Origin: Stegostoma tigrinum
Taxonomy: Eukaryota
Direction of reading: 5' to 3'
Assembly (NCBI RefSeq): GCF_030684315.1
Contig: NC_081369.1
Span: 2,966,689-3,030,688 of the forward strand
Length of the DNA stretch: 64,000 nucleotides
Within the stretch, counting starts at the first letter, position 1. Each line of letters begins with the position of its first letter. The notes under the pieces are model-generated. The model searched no databases. It saw nothing but the letters and a program-made list of their open reading frames with translations, and had not been told where the DNA came from. Shown in pieces: positions 12,162-24,336 of the stretch. The position numbers and the translations under genes are program-made.

Positions 12162-14525
12162 GTAAGCATGACAAATTTTCAATACTCGTGCAGTGCTGTT
12201 GTGTCTTGTATCCAGGGTTTCTATCTCCGCTGAGCTGAATTTGAACATTCTTACGGAAATTAATTGAAGGACCTCAAAGCTGTGAAAAATAAAGGTCCTA
12301 TTCATGACGTTCCAGGTTGCATGCCACGATATTTAGACAGTAATCTCTCAAAAGAAGACAAATTAGAGTCAGAATAGTTAAATGCTGCTATTCTTGTACA
12401 CAGAGAATTACGTCACTGTGTTGGTATCGGAAGGGAGGAGAGAACGAAATTGGATTGTGGTATTTTCTAAATGCACCAGGAGATGTGCATGTTGCTAGTG
12501 ATTATGTTTGACGTGAACACGTACGGTGTGATGTGAAAGAATCATGCAAATGCCTAAAGTTGCTTCGCTTGTTGGCTTCTGAATTTTTATTAATGAAAAT
12601 AAATAGATATTATGCGCATAATGGAAAGCCATATTATGATCAACGTGAAGCTACAAGTTGTTTACCCTTTTGGAAGAGGCTAGGACCAGAGGCCACAATC
12701 TCAGAATAAGGGAACTTATATTTAAGGCAGAAATGAGGAAAGATTTCTTCTCAAAGAGAGTTGTTGAATCTGTGGCATTCTGTTAGAGCAGAGAGCAGTT
12801 GAGGCTGCGATTTTAATTATATTCAAGGCAGCAATAGAGAGATATTCATTCCGTAAGGGATTCAAGGGTTGAGGCAGCGAGGCAGGAAAGAGGCGTTGGA
12901 GACTGTCAGGTTAACGAAGATCTCATTGAGCAGCGGGGAAGATTCAGTGGTCTGAGTTGTCTGCTTCTACTCCTGCATCTTACGGTCTTCCAAGTATATA
13001 AAGAAAGCATGGGCATGCATGGCAGCGACGATTAATAAAGGAATGTTCTAAAGAAATTGCCCTTTGCACTCACCAACAAACCTGCGTGCAATTTCGAATA
13101 CACAAGATGATGAGACGTACACCGAGAACTGGGAATAATCCGGAGGAGGGACATTAGATTGATAATCAGTTTAAAAGTTGATTCATTATGATGATTTGTT
13201 ACTGGAGAAGCAGAGACTTCACAGCGTTTATTTCAAAAGATAAATAGACCCGACCCTTTACACGCTTTGAGAGAATTTGAGTGCGATAGAATTGAGAGAA
13301 AGGTGGTGCAGACTCACATGGCATGGAAGTTCAGGGCAGTTTAAGCTGTTAGGCCAGGTGTCTCTGAAAAGATATCACGCACATCTGGAATAAGAAACAG
13401 ACTGTGCTCCTTCATTGTGTCCATTTATGCTTAGCTGGACAGAGTTTTGGAAATGATCGATATCATAAAGCATGAAATAGTGTGTAAAGTATACAGGCTA
13501 GCAATCACATGTCTACTCGTATTCCCGCCGTTGTTCTTTTTTCATCTTCAGTTATTTATCGAGTTTTCATCTGAAGTTTCTCTTAAAGCAGGTTCTGCCA
13601 TACTTAAAGTTAGCATTCCCAGATCACAGCAATTCACTTTCAAAACATCTCACCAACTGCACCCTCACCCCACAAATCTTCCTACACCCCCCTGTTGTTT
13701 TATTTCTTCTTGTGTCAGTCTTCACAAATCTGTATTTTCGTGTCGCCAAGGCAACTGCTGTCAACAATTTCCTTCTCCTTTATCATATAGAAAAGCTGTG
13801 AAATTGACCACATCTACTGAATCTTTTTTCGTCTTCGATTTTGGATTCAGGAGTGGTGCTTGCACCCATTCGCCTATACAATGGAGACACAGGGTCCTGG
13901 GATCTTTTTAGTTCGTCACTATGACAATTCTTCGAAAACATTGACCTCTTTCCTTTAGCCTGGTGTTCACATTTGGACACAATGCACCAGATGAAACCTT
14001 TGTAGTGTTTCCTAGTTTTGAGAACGTCACTTCCTTTGTTTAGACTTCAATTGCTCCATTTGGATATTATTTATGTAATCAAGCTTAGCATTTGAGCAAC
14101 CAACACTTCGAATCCCAGATGTTCACTATAAACCACAATACAATGAATACCTCGATCAAGTTCTCCAAGCTTGACTTGTCATTAGGCCTAACCTAAATTT
14201 CTTCCAAATGATTGTGATTAAGGATTTCTCCACAACTTTGGCCTGACTGCTTTATCTTTACTGACTTCAGCTATTTCCTCATTTAAACTAATCACTTCTT
14301 TCAACTGTTGCACGTTCGTTTGTGGTTTAATTCGGTTCATGTGTCACTTGGTCAACATGACTATATTAGAGCCTTGCGTTCAATGATAAGTGGAAGTAAT
14401 CGGAGTAGCTGCTTTGGCAGAGATGGTTTGAATCGTCGATGCAGACTGTGATTTGGCGTTGTCAATTTCTGTCGTGTTACCTATTACTTAAAATGCTGAC
14501 ATTCCACCTTGTCTCTCCCTTTTAG

Positions 14526-14639
14526 AACATCAAGGCGGCACTTCCCCATACGCCTTCGTGCTTGGTTGTACAGCTGGCGCGTTTATAATTTCAATTCTGG
14601 CAATTCTCGTCAAGTGGTGCAAAGCAGACGGATCTACTG
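14526..14639 (+). CDS. Receptor A, transmembrane exon
   Basis: tctctcccttttAG acceptor and GTGAGA donor; phase 1/1. Encodes EHQGGTSPY-AFVLGCTAGAFIISILAILV-KWCKADGST (uncharged TM, then basic stop-transfer residues). Confidence 0.82.
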
Positions 14640-14989
14640 GTGAGACATGACATCGTGTTGATTCTGAACTCGATTTTCGTCATAAAGACGATTTTCGTCT
14701 TTATGGCAATAAAGATCTGCTGTTCTTGACGCAGGTTGTCAAATCGCTTTTATTTACAGCTCTCACCGGCACTAACTGATCACATCCGATATGTTCTGCC
14801 ATTGTCTTCAAATTTCTTCTAGCTGCTTTTCACTAACGCAGCAGGAAGGAATGGAAAAGCCGGTGGTTAAATGGGGCAGATAGGAATGAAATCTTTGAGA
14901 GCAGTGTGCACAAAATACAACCTATCATCCCCATGTAGAGCAGAATGTGAATCTGATCACGAGTGAAATATCGTTTCATTCTCTGACAG

Positions 14990-15033
14990 GTGGCGCGACT
15001 GCTGAAGACATGAGCAGCCAGTCCGAGGAACAG
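14990..15033 (+). CDS. Receptor A, short cytoplasmic exon 1
   Basis: ttcattctctgacAG / GTCAGT; phase 1 to 0; GGATAEDMSSQSEEQ. A homologous 44-bp segment occurs in paralogue B (24836-24879). Confidence 0.72.
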
Positions 15034-15749
15034 GTCAGTTTCCTTTCGTAACAATTAAGAACCAAATTGTGATTGGGATTTTGTGTGCGCACAAGTAAAT
15101 TATGTCTATATTCCTGGAACCTCAGACTTGCTGCTTATATAGGAATGCATGGTTAACATATCGAGTTGATGCTATCCTCTATGCGCTCCTCTAATATGAC
15201 AGGGATCTATCTGGGGTAATGATATCCGGGTCCAACCAAACCTACCGCTTTCTAACACAAGTGTTGCATGCTTTGTGTTGCATGCTTTGTGTTGCCAGTA
15301 TCAGTTAGGCTGCTCTTCAACCACGAGAAAAGATGCAGCTCGATTCTGTGTTTCTCCAATATTCCTCTCGTGAAATATCTGAGCGGGTCTGAGTCTGTAC
15401 ACTGGCGCTGCCGAGGGAGATTTCACCCTATTCTTGACGCCACGCCCCAGCAGAAAGTCTCACCGTCTGAAACATGCAAAATCAGAACTTGCGTGGACGA
15501 TTCAGTAGCATTTGCACTTGTTTGAGGTCTATTCGGCCAGGATATTTTCTTCTAACTTGGGGGGAATGGGGTGAGTAATCTGATGAACGAGTGGCAATAA
15601 AGATCTGCTGTTCTTGACGCAGGTTGTCAAATCGCTTTTATTTACAGCTCTCACCGGCACTAACTGATCACATCCGATATGTTCTGCCATTGTCTTCAAA
15701 TTTCTTCTAACTTGGCATGTAGGTCATATTCCGACAAAATTCGCATCAG

Positions 15750-15860
15750 ATCAAAAATGGCAGCGAGGTAATGACTCCGAATTACGCTCTTCTTAGCTCC
15801 ACCGAACAGAGCAAAACTGGGAAACCGCTAACCGAGGAATACAGCGTTGCCTATGCGCAG
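15750..15860 (+). CDS. Receptor A, cytoplasmic exon 2 (Tyr motifs PNYALL and VAYAQ-I/V)
   Basis: Weak ..gcatcAG acceptor and CAG|GTATCA donor; 111 bp, phase 0/0. IKNGSEVMTPNYALLSSTEQSKTGKPLTEEYSVAYAQ. Conserved in paralogue B. Confidence 0.7.
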
Positions 15861-16002
15861 GTATCATTGTGAAAATTAGTAGTTTGTTTAAACCGGGGCC
15901 GCTCTGACATAAATCTGAGCTTTGTAATGTACACCGACGACCTGGCTAATTGTATTAAGCTGATGGACAAGACCTACTCATAGTTCACGGTTCCTTTCAC
16001 AG

Positions 16003-16173
16003 ATTAAACACCCTACGGGTGGTAACGTGGCGTATGCTTCGTTGAATTTCACCGCTTCTGAGAAAACGGCAGAAAGAAAGCAGTGGAAGGAGCAGGCGGA
16101 ATGTGCAGAGGTCATGATAAACAAAGGAAGCGGAAACTCCCGGAGTTCCACGAACAGCAAAAATGTCGAGTGA
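16003..16173 (+). CDS. Receptor A, terminal cytoplasmic exon (ITIM VAYASL)
   Basis: ttcctttcacAG acceptor; IKHPTGGNVAYASLNFTASEKTAERKQWKEQAECAEVM...NVE*; AATAAA at 16392-16397. Confidence 0.78.
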   Translation: MKHPTGGNVAYASLNFTASEKTAERKQWKEQAECAEVMINKGSGNSRSSTNSKNVE

Positions 16174-17109
16174 CATTACACACAGTCGAGGTTGATTGTT
16201 TTAGTAATTTTATTTGAAAGGTATAACTAACTGCACTTGGGGTCTTGATTGTAAACTATGTTGTCATTGATTACAATCAAGGCCCCACGTTGATTGGTTG
16301 TGGAGGAAGGAGAGGGGTTGTGACGGCAGCTACAATCCGAAAATTGAACATTCGCTTGTTCTTCAATTTCTGGATTTCTGGAGGAAAATGGAATAAATGC
16401 ATTGCCGTCACAGTTTATAAACGGGAATGAGGAAAACTGAAGTTCATATCCAGTCAAATTACATCGATCAGACTACTTACTTGGTGAGTTACATATTCTA
16501 AACATTCCCTGGATTTTGTAATTTCTCCTGATTTCTTTTTTGATTCGAGACCCCAGTTTGTTTGTGACCTTTCGTGCCAACATCAGCCATAAAGGTAAAT
16601 ATCTATTTTACTCCCAATAAATTGTTAACATATTGCATTCGTGTAATGATGTATATCAAAAGGAATGAGAACTGGAATACATCAATCATTACGATGTTGA
16701 TGATAATTACTTCCATTACATCTTTTTACATTCCCTATAGATTCTATGGTTTTCATAATATCCAAAGAAGTGTCGATATATGTGTTCAAAAGAAAACAAA
16801 ATATTGAAAATTTGGGGGCAATTTTCATGATATCCAAATGTCTCAGATGGTTTTCAAACAAGTAGATGATTGGCAGAATGGTCAATATAGGATAACAATA
16901 TAGGAATAAATTTCAAGCTGAGATGATCACATTCATCCTAAGTGGAAGATTCCAAAGGTCTACAATATTTTGAGGGAAGGAACTTGCCATCTCAGTCCTG
17001 AATAGACAGTTGCTTTTTGAGATGAAGCTCCATTCTCCTTATCCAAGGGCAACGAGTTTCAATATCAGTTCCACTGAGCTCATGAAGTGATTCTATTTAC
17101 ATCTTCCAA

Positions 17110-17660
17110 CAAGTTTCAGCTGCAGTTTAGGGCCCCATATCACTGGAAAGATGTACTGGCCCTGAAGCGGGTTCAGAGGAGGTTCACGAGAAAGATCCCA
17201 GGAAGAACAGCTTAACATGTGAGGCAAGTTTCAGGACTCTGGGACTGGACTCATTAGAGTTTAGAAGGATGAGGGGGATCTGATTGAAACTTACAGAATT
17301 CTGAATGGCCTGGACAGAGTGGACGCTGGGGAGATGCTTCCATTGATAGGAGAGACTAGGATCCGAAGGCACAGCCTTAGAGTAAAAGAAAAAACTTTTA
17401 GAACAGAGGTAAAGAGAAACGTCTTCAGCCAGAGCGTGGTGAATCTATGGAATTCACTACCACAGAAGTCAGTGGAGGCCAGGTCATTGAGTACATTTAA
17501 GATTGAGATGGATAGGATCTTGATTATCAAGGTGACCAAGAGTTATGGGGAGAAAGTGGGAGAATGGGGTTGAGGGGCTTATCAGCTATGATTTAATGGC
17601 ATAGTAGGTTCGCTGGGCAGAATGGCCGGATTTCTGCACCTATCTCTTATGGTCTTATGA
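17110..17660 (+). mobile_element. CR1 LINE 3' fragment
   Basis: ORF 17319..17573 (RRHSLRVK..FSQSVVNLWNSLP..FKIEMDRIL) and tcttatggtcttatg tail. Confidence 0.85.
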
Positions 17661-19989
17661 GTTTGCCTTAGCTTATAGTAATTTCTAGAGAACATAGACT
17701 TAAGAACTAAATCTTGCTCAATAGAATAATACTCCGATACCATAACCGAACTAAGGAGTATTTGGCTCATGGCCTTCAAATCAAGGATATCTTTCCTTTC
17801 ATTAAGGAATCAAAATTGAACGCAAGTATTATCTTATTGGGTTGCACACATTGCACAAAATCTATTTCATTGTATATTATCATTCTTTTCGAATAAAACT
17901 TAACATGTGACCAGATTCATTGATTACTTACTGTATTGGAATGTTTCTTAGTCTTCGTTGTAGCTCTCTACGAGATTCCCAAATTAAGGGGGAACACAAT
18001 CTCCCCATTCCTTCACGATTTTTTTTGCTGTTCATTCTTAATAATTTCAATGCACCTTCAAACTATGCTCCAGCCATTCTCTTCTTTCCCAGTTGCGTAA
18101 TGTGTGCATTGATTGCAAACATGGATTTATAAATGGCAGTCATCTAATTCTGGTTACTGATGTAGAGTGTACATAGTTGTGCTTCAAGCTCAAGTTGCTG
18201 TGACTCTGCACTGGTAAAAGCCTGGACTTCCCAGCCGCAAGTGAAAAATATTTTTTTTCTGATTTCTTTCTATTAACCAACGTTAAATTCATGGTAATAG
18301 GTTATCTCAAATCTCATAAATGAAATTATTTCTCGTATCCTTTACTGTCAATCCGTATGAATTTAAAAGCCTCCACTTCTCATCTGCCCTAATAATTGCA
18401 GCTTCAAGAAATGTGACAGGCTTACCCAATGTGATTTGATGTTTACAAATCTCCATTGATTCTACCTCATCATATACTTTCCCAAAGGCTTAGTTAAAAC
18501 GGCCTCAACAACGCAATTTACCATTTTCTTAATGCGAACTTTAAATTACCTGATGAGCTCACTTCCTTCTCACCCGTTTCTGAAGAGTCCCGACTCGAAA
18601 CGTCAACTTTCCTGCTCCTCTGATGCCACCTGGCCTGCTGCGCTCCTCCAGCTCCACGCTGTGTTATCTCTTATTCATGCGTCCTCTTTTTCTCAACACT
18701 TCGCCCACGACCCACCTTTGCATCACCCACTTACCACCCAAAACCCCTCACACTTCCAAGCAGAGATCAACATCTTACATGGAAAGCAGCTTTTCATTTG
18801 ATACATGCAAAGCCACATCTTGGAGATCAAAGCTAAACTATTACTAAAGGATAAAAGGTGACAATTGTGGAGGATGTGTTGACCTTCGTGCCAGTTAGTG
18901 AAGGTTACAGTGTCTCAGTTTGTTGCTCCCGAAGTTATTCTGATGTACACGAGTTCTATCCAACCAGGCTGGGGCTTTCATCTTCCCTGACTGATTGGTT
19001 CTTTGATTTGCTGCAATCTTCTTCTCTAATTGTCTTATTATGTTGTTTTATTTTGTCATCAAATATCGTGTCGCCAACGAACAATTTCGAGCTTTATCCA
19101 AGAACAATCTAAGTATTAAGTGATCAATATTCAGCTGTAAGCACCATGTAACAAGGGCAAGATAGCGACAGGGCTTTCTTCAAATTCATTTTTGTCGGGT
19201 GTGCGCATCGCTGGCTGGCCAGCATTTCTCGTCCGTCCCTGGTTGCTCTTGAGAACGTGGTGATGAGCTAGCTGCCTTCTTGAACGACTGCCGTCCACCT
19301 GCTGTGAGTTGATCCACAATGCCATTAGGGAGGAAATTCCAGGATTTTGACCTAACGACAGTGAAAGAACGGCGATATATTTCCAAGTTCAGGATGGAGA
19401 GTGGCTTGCAGGGGAACTTGAAGGTGGGTGGCGTACTCATGTAGAATCCCGACAAGTTCACAGAATCCCTACGGTGTGGACACAGGCCATTCGGCCCAAC
19501 AAGCCCACACCACACCTCTGAAGAGCACCCCGCCCAGACACACCCCCTGCCCTTTCCCTGCAACCTGAAACTTCCCATAGCTCAGCCATCGAATTAACAC
19601 ATCCCTGCACACTACGACAATTTAGCACGGCCAATCCAACGAACCTGCACATCTTTGGACTCTGGGTGGAAGGTGGAAACCTATGCAGACACGGGAGAGT
19701 ATGCAAACCCCACACACAATACTGCCCTTGCCGTTCTAGATGGAAGTTACCTTGGGTTTGGAAGTTGCTGTCTGAGGATCTTTGGTGAAATTCTGCAGTG
19801 CATCTTGCAGACGTACACTGCTGTTCCTGAGCGTCGGCGTTGGCGGGAGTGGATGCTTGCGAATGCTCTACTTGCAGCTCCACTCTGCTCGGCAGTTCTC
19901 GTTTTTTTTATTTGTCCTTCCTTTTCTGTTCTCGTTTCTTCTCCCTCCCTCTGCAGTAATTCTATCCGCACTCTACCCGTTTTAATTAA

Positions 19990-20425
19990 GTATCTAAGCA
20001 ATCGGGAAGGAGCTGGGTTGCGACCGGATGGTAGGAGCTGAACGAATGCATTGAGTCCTGCAGCGACGACGGATCGCGTGTGGGCCGGAGAGACAGCAGC
20101 GGATCAAGAGTGAGCTGGCGGGAGCAGGCCGGTGAGGGAGCGCACAGGCAGTGGCATAGCGTAGGCTGGAAAGCCCAGAGCGGGACTCTGGCGGAGGCAT
20201 GGCGTGGACTTGAAAGCCCGGAACAGGATCCTGGCAGAGTCATGGGTTGAGCTGGAAGCCCGAAGTGGGACTGCGGCAGTGGAAAGGAAACTTGGGTTCC
20301 ACTAAATTTTCTTTTTTCCTGAGCTTATTCTAAGTTAATGTGTACGGCGCCGTGTCTGTACGGCGAAAGAACGCACTTTTCACTGTATTTTTACATTGAA
20401 TACAGGTTACAACAAATGATTCAAT
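19990..20425 (+). mobile_element. GC-rich non-autonomous element with ~43-bp tandem repeats and a Rex/Babar-like 3' tail
   Basis: Three imperfect (gga/tga)aagccc..gg(g)a(c/t)..ggc units at ~20150-20280; the tail ttttcactgta...acaa.aaat resembles that of the Rex fragment at 33331-33376. Confidence 0.45.
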
Positions 20426-23400
20426 ATTGACTTTGAAGAAGGTTAGCGACAAAGACCTAGAGTTCTCCAGACGGACAAAAATGAACTCACAATGCTACGC
20501 ATGGTGGAAATAGAAAATAATATACAAAATTGCGGAGAAATACGAAGCGTTCTGTGGCGTCTATGAGAAAAGAAAGAGTTAATGTTTCAAACTGGATGTT
20601 GCTTGTCTGAAGGAGAATCATACAGGAATGGGTCATGCGCTGCATTGTTGTCAAGTGCAGTCACGCTCACCTTCTCTCTGGAGTTCAGGTCTTGTGTTTG
20701 AAACTAAGCATGGTAAGGATGTAATGAAGTCTGATGCGAAGCGGCGTAGGTAGAAACAAAACCAGCGTCAGCGAGTAGGCTATCGCTGAGTAAGTGCTGC
20801 TTGATAGCACTGTGGATGACACCTTCCATCACATTACTGAAGATGGAGAGTTGGCCGATGGGACGGTATTTGGAATAAGTGGGTTCATCATACCTTTTTG
20901 CATTCGTGTGCAAACACAGAAAGTTTCCGTATTTTCATGTAGATACCAGTGTTTCAGTTGTATTAGAATAGCTTGGCGAGGAAGTGCTGCAAATTTGGGA
21001 GCACAAGTCTTCAGGGCTAATCATCTTTGCAGCATCCAGTCTCTGCAAACCTTTTTTGATGACGCTTGAAGTGAATAGATTGGCTGAAGACTGTAATTTG
21101 TGATGCTTGGGAACATTGGTGGAGACCAAGATGGATCACCAACTCGGCTCTTCCAGCTGAAGATTATTGTAAATGTCTCAGCCGTTTCGTTTGCACTGCT
21201 ATTTTGGGCTTCACGTTCATTGTGAGTGGGGTTATTTGTGGAGATTGCTCTTTCAATGACTTGTTTAATATCAATTGTGATTCATGACTGCATTAGATCT
21301 AATGCATTTGACAAGCAACCCTTTAGTCCTCTCTACTAATTGTTGTTTCTGCTACTTGGCAAGCAATTAACCCCGCTCAGAGCTGAATCACCAATTCTCC
21401 ATATTGATCAACACTTGGAGAAGGCAGTGAGAGGGAATGAGGGCACAGTATGTACTTTGGGTGATGAACATCGATGTCCACCATCAAGGAGGTTCAGCAG
21501 CAGAACTACTCTCCAGGCAGGTCGGATATTACAGATATTGGGTGACTCAATATGTGGCGAGTGTAAAAAGGAAACAGTGAGAGAAAAGACTTGATCTCAT
21601 CTTCAGCAGTCTGTATACCGCAGGTGCATTTGTCCATGCCAGTATCAGTGGGAATGACCACTGCACAGTTTTTTTTGAGAATGTGAAATCATGTCTTCAC
21701 AGTGAGCTTCGGCATTTAGTGCCACTACAATCATGTTAGATGGGGGTTATTTGGAACAGGTCCAACAACACATGATCCAGTAGCCATGAAGTGTTTCTGG
21801 CCATCAGAAACAATAGAAAGATAATAAAATGTAAGGCTGGATGAACACACCAGGCCCAGCAGCATCTCAGGAGCACAAAAGCTGACGTTTCGGGCCTAGA
21901 CCCTTCTTTGGAGGAAGAAACTCATTCCCAATGAACAGGAATCCGAGTACATGAGTACAGCATATCCACCATTTACCATCAAGCCAAGGGAGCAACAATT
22001 CATAATAAAATGCTCGGAACAACACCAGGCTTACCTAAAATGGGACAAGAACATGGCAAAGCTTGAAAACAAGGCTAACATCATGCCAAATAACATAAAC
22101 AATAATTAGTACAGGGAAGCAATGGATTCCGCAATGAATGCATGACATCTAAGCTCTGTATCTGAAAAACTCCAGTAATGAATAACGGTTGATAATAAAC
22201 AAGACATTGGAGGAGGAAAGATAATAAAATGTGAGGCTGGATGAACACAGCAGGCCCAGCAGCATCTCAGGAGCACAAAAGCTGACGTTTCGGGCCTAGA
22301 CCCTTCATTGGAGGAAGAAACTCATCCCCTATGAACAGGAATCTGAGTAAATGAGAGCAAAGTAAAAAGGCTAAGGAATTTACGAGAGCCTTTAGCCAGA
22401 AAAGCCCAGAGAATGATGTATCTTGGTGTAGTCTGGTGTTCCTCAGCTTCAGCCAATCCAATGCACTTCACGTGATATAAAGGAACATTTGGAGGGACTG
22501 GGTGTGACAGAGACTGTGGGTCCTGACAACATGGCAGAAATCACATTCAGGACTTGTGTTACAGGACATGTTGCAGCACTATCCGAGCTATTACAATGCA
22601 ACTGTATCAGTGACATCTACACAAAAATACAAGTATCCAATCGCTCTTGCATACTTGGCACTCTAGCCAAAGTTACAATTAGCGGTATGATTTGAAATGT
22701 TGCTTAGCCTCTACTTCAAAAATGACCGCAAAATGCAACCAGTCTGCACCATGTTCAAGTCCTAGCATACCAATGTCATTTTCCTTGTCTGAAGCACCAC
22801 CTCATCCGCAAAACTAATTCTAAACGCCTCCTTTTTTGTTCTCTCGGTCTCTCTCTGTCTCGCTCTCTCTCTCTCTTCTCCTCTCTTTTTCATTCTTGCT
22901 CCCTGTCACTACTTCTTCATTGCTACATTCACTACTCCCTCAACTCTTTTTCTCAACAATTCAGTCAACCCATGTCAATGATCACTTGGTTTCAGTAAAG
23001 ATCATCTTCAACTCTGTCTGTTCACCTCCTTTGCCACCTGACATTTCTTTCCCTCCATGTAGCTGCCTCGCTAAGGCGTCCAAAACCAGCCACCATCTAG
23101 TGCAAACTACTTTTCTGTAGTACATGTCAGTCTCCCATCACTCTCAATTCACTTCCTGTGGACTCCATGGTTAGACCCCTGTACCTCTGTTGATGAGTCG
23201 CTCATTTCTGGATTGAGAGTTGCGGTTTTCAATCCCCCTCCGCGTCCAGCCTCCTGATTGACTGCCTCCTGAGGCAGTACTGCACAGTTGATGGTGCAGT
23301 TTATCTGACGAGATTTTTGCCTGAACTAATGGCCCCTTCAGCTGGGCTCAAACGATATAGGTCTCCATTTGGCTGAAGAACAACTATGTCATGAGTAAAT

Positions 23401-24336
23401 ATTTCTTCCTGCTAATCTGCATCATAGAATCAGATGATCTGATCGCTATCACATTTGCTGTGTCAGTGTTTAAAATGGATTCCAGGTGTCACATATTTCA
23501 GCAGCTGCTACACTTCCAAAAAGAATAGAAATTGACAATTTAACAAAGTGTGGAGCTGATGAAGGCTCTAGGCCCGAAATATCAGCTTTTGTGCTCCTAA
23601 GATGCTGCTTGTCCTGCTGTGTTCATCCAGCCCCCCACTTTGTTATCTCGGATTCTACAGCATCTGCAGTTCCCATTATCTCAGAGCTTGACAACAAATG
23701 CTGCCCCAGCCAGCGATTTCCACATCCCGTGCACAAATTTTAAAAAACCGACATTCCCCAACATTTTGACACTATTCCGAAAGCCAAAGTTATAAAAAAA
23801 GAAGAGATGCCTTACCGAATAGATTTCTCCTAGCTTTTAGCTCAGTGCAAATAAGCAGATGGGGTCATACTGATATGTATATAATACAGATACCTCCCAC
23901 TGAAACTTGTTTCTCACCTCCATCAAGCAATTCTCCCGAATTCGTTTTCCCTAATGGGCACAGGATGAGCTCCTTATTCTGGTTTAATAACATCTGAAAG
24001 GGGTAGAGATACTTACACAGACTGAGTTTAGCAAGCACATATTCGTGCGGCGATCATAAACAGAGCTGCATACTCATTGCATAAAATGTAATTATTCATC
24101 TGAATAAAACCTACTGCTTTTGAAAATGGATAGATCGTATGTAGTTTAATTCGGATCACACATTAATTGGTTCATACAATAGGACAGTCACGTTCAAAAA
24201 TAATTGGGAGCAATATGAGTAGCTGCTTGAGAGAGACGGTTTTGAAATGTCAGTACAACCCGTGATCTAGCGTTGCCAATTATGTAGCCTCATCTGCTTT
24301 ATCGGCAATCAACTCTATAAAATCTGTCCTCTTTAG

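Noticed and set aside
11840-12238. ORF 11840..12238 as a standalone gene or a rearranging Ig/TCR constant region
   Set aside because: The ORF extends into intron on both sides of the true exon (11880-12161). The downstream exons encode a long ITIM tail unlike Ig or TCR, and no J segments or RSS were seen.
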